The translations under genes and the position numbers were made by a program. A DNA stretch of 63,714 nucleotides, filler included, from Octopus bimaculoides (lineage: Eukaryota), in assembly GCF_001194135.2 (NCBI RefSeq). It is 5 parts of 5 records of this genome, joined end to end, with 100 filler letters (N's around TTAATTAATTAA, not from the genome) between each part and the next. Parts side by side here need not be neighbours in the genome. Positions count along the whole stretch, not along the records: positions 11,675 to 41,978 come from NC_068997.1; 4 more parts are not named here. The stretch is one strand, 5' to 3'. The notes under the pieces were generated by a model, which was not told where the DNA came from, made no database searches, and saw only the letters and a list, made by a program, of their open reading frames with translations. Below are positions 12,296-24,239 of the stretch, piece after piece (the stretch's first letter is position 1; each line of letters opens with the position of its first letter).

Positions 12296-13635
12296 CACAC
12301 ATATACATATCAGTAACATTAAACGACTCATAATATTTTAGTCATCCTCAGTTATTTTCAAGGCCTTCATTTTATATACACAGATACACATATACAACTT
12401 CTCCTCGCTGCAGTATATACACCCACTGTCACATCACAATTACACCCACGTATTGGTGCCTCTTATGAACCGTGCAAAAATATTAGCTAAGTCTCCCTCA
12501 TATCTCACCTTGTCTTGGAAAAGTACATTATTGTATATACCTTTTATAGTATAGATTATAGTCTTAGGTTTCCTTGTTATAAGAAAATGACAGGATAGCC
12601 ATGGCTGGATTGCCATTGGAAATATGTCGACGTGATCAACTCTGGTCTCACACGAAAGGACAAAATTAACCTCAGACATTAATAATACATACAGTATGGC
12701 TAAAAGCACCAAGACATTTGCATTTTATTTAGATTACATTATTATTAATTTTATTCAATTTTCAGAGAAATTGAAGCATGTCTTTGACAATTCCGGAGCG
12801 TATTGAACTTATTTTGTGCGTCACTTATGGCCCACCATGTATATAATTTCCTCGATACACATCACACTCTCCGTATTAGGTATGCACGCATTCGCACGCG
12901 CTCACAGACACACACATGCACACATACATCATCACGCTCGTCCGACGGAACGACAAGGACCATTTAGTCATCTTTATGAATGACTGATGAATTGTGCTGT
13001 GATTTTGTCTGCAGTGAAGAATAGTCGCGCGACGTCATCGTAAATCTGTCGTCCGTGACATTCTTCAATCCAGAGGCAAGACCAGGTCAAGACGGTTGGA
13101 GATGGAGACTGATGCAGTGGATGACCCAGATATCTTACTTGCTTCGTCTTGCTCTCTGCACTCTGCAATATATCGCTGCACCTGTCTTCCGTTGGACCAT
13201 GAAGCTTTCTTCTACAGACTCCATGCGATCCAGTCTTCATCTGCATAGGTAGGCAGGCCCTAATATACTAATTAAGCCATAGCTGGGACCCTGATCGGTG
13301 TTACTACTCCGAGCCCCAGGGACCAACTCTCGAATGCACTTTAAAGTCTTGCCCAAGACCTACATAAATGCACACACATTGCTCACAACACTTTGTCCTC
13401 CCGCTCATCACAGAGATATGGATAGATAAAGAAGGAAAGAAATAGAAGGGGGTGAGAATGCGTAAAAAAAGAAGAGGGTAAAGTGATAATGGTGGCGATG
13501 ATGAAGGTGGTATGTGAAGGTACTATATACTTAATTGCTCATTATTGAACGTTGATTGATCTATTAATGGTGTCGTTTTCTACGATTTATTGATTGCTTG
13601 ATTTCTTTAATGTCGCATATGAAATTATTTATATA

Positions 13636-13657
13636 ATTTTTTTTTCTGTATTTACAG
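13636..13657 (+). promoter_or_regulatory. 3' splice acceptor (polypyrimidine tract + CAG) of the Hox1 intron
   Basis: Sequence attttttttttctgtatttacag. Protein similarity to Hox1 begins exactly after it, and the upstream in-frame residues are Phe/Ile/Tyr-rich intron translation. Confidence 0.88.
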
Positions 13658-14235
13658 GAAAACCCAATGACTATTCTTATTCGAATCAACATGGAAACGG
13701 CGGTAATGCTGGCGGCAACGGTTCAAACGCAGGCAGTGGCGGCGGTGCTGGAACGGGTAACGGTCTTGGCAACACGATAGCCAATGGTTCGAGTCAGAAC
13801 GGAAGTCCCGGAAGTGGAGGCAACGGCGTCGTCAATGGAAACAGTATGGGCGTCTTAACAGGCGCAGGTAATAACAGCGGCAGCAGCGGTGGAGGCGGAA
13901 GTGCTGGTGGCGGCGGAGTTGGTGGTGGTGGCGTTGGTGGTGGTGGAACCGGTCGCACGAACTTTACCAATAAGCAATTGACGGAACTCGAGAAAGAGTT
14001 CCACTTTAATAAATATCTAACTCGTGCCAGAAGAATCGAAATCGCGGCTGCTCTGGGACTGAACGAGACGCAGGTGAAAATCTGGTTTCAAAATCGTCGC
14101 ATGAAACAAAAGAAACGACTCAAAGAGGCTCAAGGAACAACAGGTGCCAACGGCCCTGGAGGTCTGGAGAACTGTGCCTTGATAACAGACAGACTGAATG
14201 TTCCAACTATGGCACTTTGTAACGAGAGCAGATGA
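13658..14235 (+). CDS. Hox1: Hox1/labial homeobox gene, terminal coding exon (partial gene; exon 1 not found)
   Basis: The frame encodes [55 protein letters not shown], the paralog-group-1 homeodomain (about 13942-14121, no intron in the homeobox). The exon starts after tttttttttctgtatttacAG (AG 13656-57, phase 1) with G-K-P-N-D-Y-S-Y, resembling the GKVGEYGY that opens vertebrate HOXA1 exon 2. Stop TGA at 14233-14235. Confidence 0.97.
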
Positions 14236-14701
14236 TCTGAGCAAAGACAATCACCAAGACGTGAGAGAGGTACAGATAGATAAACAGAGAGAAAGAGAGA
14301 GAAAGAATGAGAGAGTGAGAGAGAGAGAGGTAGAGTGGAGTGAAAGAGAAAAGTGGTGATGGTGGTGGTGTGATGGTGGTGGTAAGATGGCCGCCGCGAG
14401 AAGAGGGGAAACCAAATGAAAGCGGAAGTGGGGAGAGAGATAAAATATAGAAATTAGGAAGGGGAAGAAAAAGAAGAAGAAGAAGAGATATGTATATTCA
14501 GAATTATATATACAAGTAAAGAAAGAAAATGGAAATGGTGGCGAGAAGAGGAAGAAAGGATGCAAAGTAGAAAAGAATGAGGTTAATAATGAAATGGTGA
14601 TTTAAAGGAAAGAAGGAATATAAATAAAGAAAAAAAAGGAAAGAAAAGAATATGTAAGAGAAAGAGTAATTCTACAAAAATATGAATATATGACAAATAA
14701 A
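14236..14701 (+). other. Probable proximal Hox1 3' UTR (purine-rich) with candidate AATAAA signals
   Basis: Follows the stop codon. AATAAA at 14623-14628 and 14696-14701, with another at 16417-16422. The true 3' end cannot be determined from sequence. Confidence 0.4.
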
Positions 14702-14859
14702 TACGGGGTACAGCAAACGCTAAGAGGAGTGAGTGAGAATGTTAGAATGGCGGAGAAAGAGAGGTTGTGATTGTGATAGAGAGTGAAGGAGAGAAGATCT
14801 GTGTGTGCAAGACAGAGAAAACATAAAGGAGGTAAGTGTGAGAACGAGGGAGAGAAAGC

Positions 14860-14909
<50 letters not shown>

Positions 14910-15360
14910 AAGAAGGGGCAAAGAAATGAGGGTGTGTGTGAGAGCGAGAGAGAGAAAAGGGTAAAGGAGAGCGACAGAGTAAGAGAGAGTGTATGTGTTA
15001 GTGAGACAGATATATACATATATATGAATATAGAAATATATATNNNNNNNNNNNNNNNNNNNNNNNNNNNNNNNNNNNNNNNNNNNNNNNNNNNNNNNNN
15101 NNNNNNNNNNNNNNNNNNNNNNNNNNNNNNNNNNNNNNNNNNNNNNNNNNNNNNNNNNNNNNNNNNNNNNNNNNNNNNNNNNTATACATGTATATATGTA
15201 TGTATATATGTATATATATATATACGTACATATATACAGAGAGAGACAGACAGACAGAGAGAAAAGAACAGGGAAGAGAGTGCGTGTGAAAGAAATCGTA
15301 AGTCAGAAATATTTAAAGGAAAATACAAGACAAGAAAACAGGATTTTGGTGCTTGTGGCA

Positions 15361-15411
<51 letters not shown>

Positions 15412-16056
15412 GCGTGTTTGTGCGTGTATATGTGCCTTTGTGCATATGTGCATATGTGTGTGTTTGCATATGTGTGCGTGCATCTGAGTGCAATGGAAGC
15501 ATATATGAATGAAATGTATGTACATATAAAAAATATCTACATATGCACGCTATCGAGTGAATGTGTATACGTATGCATGTATGCATGTATGTTAAAGATT
15601 GAATATATACTAAGCAATGCGTATAGCTATCTATGTATGTAAGTATGAAAATATTTAGTATGCTCCACCGAGATTTGAAACTTTGACTTTCAGTTTTCTA
15701 GATTGGCATTCTAATTAACTGAGCTACGGAGAGCCATGTACGTGTGTATATACGTATGTACATGTGTGAGTGAATGTAGCTATGTTTGTGAGTATGTGTG
15801 TTCGTTAATACATATGTGTGTGTGTGTGTGTGCATACGCTTGAAATACGTGTCTGTGCATGCGATACAGACACTAAATGTAAAAACAAAAAAAAAGATAT
15901 ATATATAAATATTAAAATATATATATATGTATATGATTAAAAATAATAATATTAATGATGTTGAGTTTTCTTATTATTAGAACAAATACTCTTACGGGAG
16001 CGAAAGAACAGGGTACAAATTGTTGTTGTTGTTGCTGTTGTTGTTGTTGTTCTTTT

Positions 16057-16096
<40 letters not shown>

Positions 16097-17559
16097 ACCT
16101 TCATCAGCGGTCGACCTCGGCAAATCCTGAAAGAATTCTTTATGGCGTTAGACAGGCATTTTCCCTTTCTAGCGATATAGTTAAATATTCAATAGACATA
16201 CCATAGAGTTTGAATATTCTATTACACCCAATTTAACGGATACTATAGCGGCTATTAACTTTATAAAATTGAATACTATCAAAAAGAGTAAAAGTACGTT
16301 TGTTTATTTGAACTGTATAAACCAATTTGGATCTCCCTTTAACAGAACTCATCAGGTACAAAAAACGGTGATGATAATTTAGAACGTTTTCTGAGTAACG
16401 GCAGTAGCACTAATAGAATAAATAAGACATCTTATTACTAGATAACCAATAGAATATGAAACTGTAGGATTCGTCAAAATGTCCCTATGATAACCAATGT
16501 ATTATAAATAATCGTATGTATAAATGCTAGGTTATAACATCTGCGTGTAACCATTATTACATCGGTGCAGTAGCTTCAGAATTCAAGATAATAAATATCA
16601 CCACATTCATTCTTTTAAATGTAAAAAATTGCACAGGTCAAGTTCATCTGTCACATCAAAGGGCAAGACAGAGACAATGCTATTTCATGATCAACTGAAG
16701 ATTATGCCCTTCCTTACGGGAGCTGTAATTTGTGCTCGATAGGTGCGCTAGAAATACTCAATTATAAACACAACTTTATTAATTCGCCGTTCTTGTTTAT
16801 TTACTAAGACATGCTTAAAATTTCCGCACAAACATCCCACATAATTAAGTTATGTATAAATAAAATTAATCCTTGCATTCTGTTATTATGGTTTCTTTTT
16901 CCTTCTTACTCTTTTCTTGACTAATCTTTAACCTAATCCTTAACTATTGCACCGCATTTAATTCAGTTTAATTTTTATTTAATTGAATTCAATGCAACTA
17001 TAGTAATCCTAATATTTCTTCAATAGACTATAGAGGCGAACAATTAACTAATAAAATTTACATGCGTTTATTATACACCTTCCTCTGTTCTCTCTTCAAG
17101 TTACTTTAAAACACCACCCTTCACAGATCGGACAGCAAGAAAAAAATACATTAGATAATAAGAATTCTCTTCTGCGTTGTTCTCACAGACTAACACGTTC
17201 CTATTCTTGATGACATTTTAACCTCCCAGGACTGTGAATTTGGCAAGTGTATAATAAATCAAAGAAGGTAATTTGATATGTCAGTTATCTACAGTCCCAT
17301 TTTCATAAGTATGTTTGTTGGAAAATCTCAAAACCTACGACAACAACTTTAAGATCTGAGAAGAATGGTTGAGGGTTAACTGTTCCATTAATTAATTGAT
17401 TAATTGTGCATAAAAAAATTATATGCCCATCAAATCTAGTAGCTTCAGAGAATTGGAGCTGTTAATATACATGCATACATAATCAAAAGGCTTTTTCAAC
17501 TCAATATTTACAGGTTATTAGTCATAGCTTTATTTATATATATATATAATGAACTAAGC

Positions 17560-17690
17560 GGAGCAGGAGCATACACGAGGATGGAAAGTGTCGCTGAAGA
17601 GGTCACAGATGTGTGACGAAAGATTTCAGGACAATGGACATAAATTAGAATAAGAACGGTAATAAACGAATGAAGAACAAATATATAGAG
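17560..17690 (+). mobile_element. Penelope-type terminal-repeat remnant containing a hammerhead motif
   Basis: Homologous to both arms of the 55208-55468 inverted repeat (gctgaagaggtcacagatgtgtgacgaaa...ggacaatggac...gtaataaacga). Confidence 0.7.
17588..17633 (+). ncRNA. Minimal type I hammerhead ribozyme motif
   Basis: CTGAAGA (17594-17600), extra G, stem II GTCACA/TGTGAC with GATG loop, GAAA (17618-21), near-palindromic GAAAGATTTC and a UUC cleavage triplet. Stem I is weak. Confidence 0.65.
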
Positions 17691-17871
17691 CGTGTGTTTA
17701 TTTGGTAAAAAAAAGAAGAAAGAAAAATGACCATACGGAAAATGCAACACACTTTTCAGAATGATTTAACGATAAAAAAATGAAGTCAGAATTATTTTAT
17801 TTTGCCGAAACAATGGCTTTTCCAGAAGAAAAAATATTCTTAAGTTTTCATTTTATATTTGTGTACACATG

Positions 17872-17903
<32 letters not shown>

Positions 17904-18061
17904 CGTGTGTGTGTGTGTATGTGTGTGTGTGTGTGTGTGCATGGCATGGTGATCTCATATCAAGATAAACAGCGCATAACTTTGCAGGTGAGACCATATT
18001 AGAATTTTCTCCAGGTCGAGTAGGGTTGTTTAAGAATGATGAACAAAACACCCATGAAAAC

Positions 18062-18560
18062 AGGTGAGTAAAGAAAAGAATGCATGGACTATTTCATAGG
18101 GATATCGAAGATAAGACAGACAGAGAAAAAAGATGGCTGTAGATGACTAAAAGTGACTTAAAACCGGAAACGGAGGCTCTAATCTGTGCTGCCCAAGAGC
18201 AAGCACTAAGAACAAATTACATAAAATACAGCATAGGCAACACATCAGAAAGTGATAAGTGCAGAATTTGTGGGCAAAATGGTGAAACCGCATGGCGTAG
18301 TACCAGTCAATGTACGCCACTAACCCAGAAGAAATATAAGAGACACCACGACAATATAGTAACGCTTGTCCATTGGGCACTGCAACAAGTATGGACTTGA
18401 CAGAGCAAAAAATTGGTACGGCCATAAACCCGAAGGTATCATCGAAAATGATAATGCAAAGATCTTGTGGGATTTTATGATTCAGTGCGACCGTGAGATA
18501 GAGAATAGGAAGCCAGACGTAGAAAGAAAGCAAACTATGCTGGATCATAGATATTGCATT
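18062..18560 (+). mobile_element. R4/Dong-type non-LTR fragment (zinc knuckle and start of restriction-like endonuclease)
   Basis: LKPETEALICAAQEQALRTNYIK...KCRICG...YKRHHDNIV..VHW [frameshift] CNKYGL...WY.HKPE.IIEND..KILWDF.IQCD..I..RKPD. Confidence 0.9.
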
Positions 18561-18600
18561 GGTGGAAGTGATGGTGATGGTGGTGGTGACGGTGGTGGTG

Positions 18601-18631
<31 letters not shown>

Positions 18632-18673
18632 AATTTGAAGTAGCAGTTTTAGTAGTAGCAGTGATGGTGGTTG

Positions 18674-18725
<52 letters not shown>

Positions 18726-18992
18726 CAGTAGTAGTAGTAGTTGTTGTTGTATTGGTAGTTGTCTTTGTTGACTCTGTTGTAGTTGGTGTTGTAGCGGAAA
18801 GCACACGAGCGACATTACGATGACACCACCTACACACTGGCATCAAAGAATGCAAGAACACGAATATACCACTAATACTACTACCTGCACCACCAGAATC
18901 AAAATCACTACTGTTACTATTACTCCCACTGCCACCAACATCACTACCGCTTCTAATACCACCACCACCACCTCCACCGCCACCAATACTTC

Positions 18993-19310
18993 GGATCTTG
19001 TTCAAAACGGGGGCACCAGTATTTTCTTAACGAAACACTTTGAAACTTGGGACACTGGTAGAATGTGTCATATAAAACATCTTTTTCTCTTAGTCTTCTT
19101 AACAAAAAAACGTACATCGCAAGTTATTTCATGTTAAAGTTGTCGTATTTCTGTAATTTCAACCAATGTCTGACGTCCATTCAGCCGTAAAAATTAAGTG
19201 CTGACTACGTAAACAAACGATTCTCGGCGGTGATAAAATTATTATTTCCTTGTCAAAAAATGGCTGAAGCATATTGGCAGTAGCTAATAAACCTTTCTAT
19301 TATAGGCACA
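18993..19310 (+). mobile_element. Non-autonomous TIR element (copy 1; far end lost in gap)
   Basis: Starts GGATCTTGTTCAAAACGGGGG. About 270 bp match the reverse complement of 24647-24916. Confidence 0.8.
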
Positions 19311-20019
19311 ANNNNNNNNNNNNNNNNNNNNNNNNNNNNNNNNNNNNNNNNNNNNNNNNNNNNNNNNNNNNNNNNNNNNNNNNNNNNNNNNNNNNNNNNN
19401 NNNNNNNNNNNNNNNNNNNNNNNNNNNNNNNNNNNNNNNNNNNNNNNNNNNNNNNNNNNNNNNNNNNNNNNNNNNNNNNNNNNNNNNNNNNNNNNNNNNN
19501 NNNNNNNNNNNNNNNNNNNNNNNNNNNNNNNNNNNNNNNNNNNNNNNNNNNNNNNNNNNNNNNNNNNNNNNNNNNNNNNNNNNNNNNNNNNNNNNNNNNN
19601 NNNNNNNNNNNNNNNNNNNNNNNNNNNNNNNNNNNNNNNNNNNNNNNNNNNNNNNNNNNNNNNNNNNNNNNNNNNNNNNNNNNNNNNNNNNNNNNNNNNN
19701 NNNNNNNNNNNNNNNNNNNNNNNNNNNNNNNNNNNNNNNNNNNNNNNNNNNNNNNNNNNNNNNNNNNNNNNNNNNNNNNNNNNNNNNNNNNNNNNNNNNN
19801 NNNNNNNNNNNNNNNNNNNNNNNNNNNNNNNNNNNNNNNNNNNNNNNNNNNNNNNNNNNNNNNNNNNNNNNNNNNNNNNNNNNNNNNNNNNNNNNNNNNN
19901 NNNNNNNNNNNNNNNNNNNNNNNNNNNNNNNNNNNNNNNNNNNNNNNNNNNNNNNNNNNNNNNNNNNNNNNNNNNNNNNNNNNNNNNNNNNNNNNNNNNN
20001 NNNNNNNNNNNNNNNNNNN

Positions 20020-20619
20020 NATCCCCACCACCATTACGATCAACAACACCACCACCACCACCATCCCTAGCACCGCTATCACCATAACGATCATCACCAC
20101 TACCACCACCACTACCACCACCACTACCACGACCGCGATCACTCTGCAAACACGTCTTTCAGCAACGGTCTTCTGTTCACGTTATATTGTTTTCAGAAAT
20201 CTACAATAACAACGAAAACAACATCCATTAACGGCGTGAACAACAATAACACCACCACCACCAACAACAACAACAACAAACGCAATATACAAACATAGCA
20301 AAGCGCAATATAGCACCACTCCAAATAAAAACAACAAATACAATAACAACAATAAGAACAGGAACAACAACGTTAAAAAGACAAACAAGTAAAAGTTAAG
20401 TCATTGATTGATGGCTGAATTCAATTATTGTTTTAATAAGACACATACACATTGACACATAGATGCACTTTCATACACACACATAGATATATATACATGC
20501 ATACACACACACGTTGACACTTATAGAAGCACATCCATACACACACAGATGCATACATGCATACACGCACAGACACACAGAGTGACACTTATCGACACCC
20601 ATCCATACACACACATAGG

Positions 20620-20650
<31 letters not shown>

Positions 20651-22155
20651 ACACACATTGAAACTTAGAGATATCCATACACACACATCCACATCCACAC
20701 CCAAATCCACATCCACACACATATAGTCACACATATAGACACATGCATTCACACTCAAAGTTATACATCTACACATAGACTTCTACATACGCATACACAC
20801 TTATAGACACACAGACACACACACACACATACACATAGACATCCATGCACACTCACACACACACAAGTGCGTACGTACACACAGAGACACAAAGACATTT
20901 ACACACACGCACATAGAACTTCTCTTACACACATAGATACACATTGGCACATTGGCACACACACACACACACACACACACTAAGGAACAAAGACACACAT
21001 ACACTCACATACATACACACACGTACACACCCACGCATGCACACAAACCCAATGAAGAACGAACGTTTGTCACATAACTTCCCATACCACCACCACCACC
21101 TCCTCCTCCTGCCCCTTCTCTTTCTCATGTCATCGCTATCACCACCACCATCATCATCGCTATCACCAACATCATCAATATCGTTGCAGTTGTAGCCAAC
21201 GTCGTTGTCATCATCATCATCATCATCATCATTGTCAGCCCCACCCTTCTATATCATGTCCATGCAGTGGTATTTCCAATTGAAAATTTGCTATTTATAC
21301 TACCAAGTAGTAGTGGCGGCAGCAGTAGCGTAGACGACTGCGGCTGCGGCGGCAGCTGCAGCAATAGCACGAATGGCTCTCTATTTAAAAGAATTTCTCT
21401 TGGCAGTTATGTAATTTCGGTTTCAGTCGCAGTGCAATATATATCAGCAACTATCTTCAGCCCGCAGATTCACGTGAATGGAAGTTGGTAGAAGGAAACT
21501 GTGTTATAAGGACATTTTGGAGGTTCATTTAATTTTAGGCTGGTATGTTAATCCATCATCCCGTCTAATGCCACCTTATTGGCCTTAAGCTTCTTTAGTG
21601 TTTTCCACTCTACTAGATGTATTCTTCTAATCAATCAGAAGTAAGACTGGGCTTGTTTGCCGAAGACGGGGGTCGTGGTTTTGGGGAATGTAGATTCAAT
21701 ATAGGCGCAAGAGTGGCTGTGTGGTAAGTAGCTTGTTTACAAACCACATGGGTCCGGGTTCAGTTCCACAGCGTGGCGCCTTGGGCAAGTGTCTTCTACT
21801 ATAGCCTTGGGCCAACCAAAGCCTTGTGAATGGATATGGTAGACAGAAACTAAAAGAGGCCCGTCATGTGTATATATACACCACGTCCTCACGTTGTTGT
21901 TTTATATATATATATATATATATATACATACATACATACATACATACATACATACATACATAGACAAATTCCACTTTATTATTAGTGATTTGGTTAAATA
22001 CCTCGATATTTAATCAAATGACTAATAAAGAAGTGGAACTGAGCCTGTGCGTGTGTTATTATTGGCGTAATAACTCTCCCAAGACACAACAAAATATGTT
22101 CAACTCACGAATTCACATAAAGAATCAAAGAATATTGGAAGCCAAATATAAAAAC

Positions 22156-22196
<41 letters not shown>

Positions 22197-23599
22197 CATA
22201 CAGAACAACACATCTGTATTAACACGAAAACTAGAGCTTACAAGTACATTTCAGACCAATTACAACAATATATTTTAACAGCACGAATAAGATTAACAAC
22301 ACAATAATAATTAACGATAATAACAAAAACAATACACTACAATACGACAGCAACGAGAACAACAACATTGTGTATAACATTATGAATAATTGACGAATAA
22401 GACGAACACACACACACACACACACATACACACATTAATACACATACACTTGCACTTGTACATACGTACATACACACACATGCATACGTACATACATACA
22501 TACATACATACATACATGCGGGCATACGCACACTTGAATTCACTCTCTGATATACAAACAGGTATACACACACACACACACCTAAACACATCGTCTTACT
22601 CAAGCACGCCCATAGTTAAACACATGTAAACGATCACGCACACAAAGATAAACACACTGTGCTATACTAGGGCACATGCACACACACACACACACGCACA
22701 CATACACACACATACGCCCACTTCCATGCGCATACACATGCGTTGAAAGATACTAAGACACAGCACACTTGAGCACCTAGAAACACACACACACACACAC
22801 AGACATACACATTTGTGCCCTTACATACAAACAAACAAACACACGTACAAGTACGAATATACAGACACACATACACACACATATAAATGATAAAAGTTCG
22901 CACCCACAAGCAAATGTTCACACAGCACACGCACGCAAGCAGATACAACTGTTTTCATATACAGACACGCAAATTTTCCCACACATACATACACACATCA
23001 TATGCACGTATACAACACACAAGCACACATTTACACATACGCATTTTGAATGATCTCCTCCATAGTTGTGTAATCAGGAATGAAATGTCTCCATTCTTCT
23101 AAAATGCGACACACAGACAAACAGACAGGCAGACAAACAGGGAAGCGGACAACCACATCTACCGTGACGGCCATCTTGAAATGACAACCAATATGGCGCT
23201 TAATTCAATCATTTAAGCGGTGTTACACTTCTTTCGCGTTTTTATTGAATTGCTTTGTGCTTTTGTAGTGGTGGTTGTTGTTGCTGTTGTTGGCGGTGGT
23301 AGTGGTGGTAGTTGTTTGTGGTGGTTTAGTTAGTGTTGTTATTGTTCTTGACATTATTGTAGTAGTAGTTCTTGTTGTTGGTTGTGTTAATGGTGGCGGT
23401 GGTGGTGGTGGTGTCGCTTGTTGTTGTTGCTGCGCTTTATTTTTTTTTGTCTCTAATACTATTTTTGTTATTGTTGTTACTATTTAGAGTCGACATTTTT
23501 TTGCTTTTGTTGCTGATATTGTTGCTGTTGTTGTGATTGTTATTGGTGGTTGTGGTGGATGTGGTGGTGGCGATCGTGAGACTGGGCTTGGGATGATAA

Positions 23600-23682
<83 letters not shown>

Positions 23683-23690
23683 GCAGTAGC

Positions 23691-23736
<46 letters not shown>

Positions 23737-24239
23737 ATAATGAGAGTGGTAGTGGTGGTGACGGTGGTAGTGGTGTTGATCATGGGGGTGGGAGATGGTG
23801 CTGATGGTATTGGTGGTATGGTTGATTGTGATGTTGATGATGGTGGTGGTGACGGTGTCGTTGTTGATTTTTGTTAACACGTTGTTTTTTTTTGTTTTTT
23901 TTTATTACTGTTGTAATTATTGTTGTTCTTTGTGTTGTTTAATACTTATTGCTGCCGTTGTCTTTGTTGCTGCTGCTGCTGTGTTGCTAGCGGTGACATT
24001 GTTGTTGGCTTTCTAGTCGCTGTCGCGGCTACTTGTGTCGTTGTATTTATGGTTGTTATTTATGCTATTGTTGTTGTTATTGTTGTTGTTGTTGCTGTTG
24101 TTGTTGTTGTTGCTGTTGATGCTGTTGTTCTTATTGTTGATGTTGTTGTCGTCGTCGTTGTTGTTGACGTTGCTTTTATTATAGTTTCTATCTTAGCTGT
24201 GGTTTTTCTTATCGTAGTTGCTTCTGTTGTTGTGGCTGC
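20020..24239. repeat. Microsatellite field: (CAC/CAA)n, (CA)n, (TACA)n, (GTA)n, (GTT)n
   Basis: Direct inspection. Confidence 0.9.
21703..21868 (+). mobile_element. tRNA-derived SINE 5' part (second family)
   Basis: GGCGCAAGAGTGGCTGTGTGGTAAG...CCGGGTTCAGTTCCAC...CCTTGGGCAAGTGTCTTCTACTATAG. Related pieces occur at 43370-43830, 45250-45415 (-), 10828-10975, 45150-45245, 55472-55600 (-) and 63510-63714 (-). Confidence 0.85.

Noticed and set aside
13103-13125. MQWMTQ as a possible Hox hexapeptide
   Set aside because: It lacks the aromatic Y/F-x-W-M context and the following VKR basic motif, and has no suitable phase-1 donor.
13594-13657. N-terminal 21 codons of the 213-aa Hox ORF (TTG start, [20 protein letters not shown])
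   Set aside because: This is translation of the intron's polypyrimidine tract and acceptor. It has a non-ATG start and no hexapeptide.
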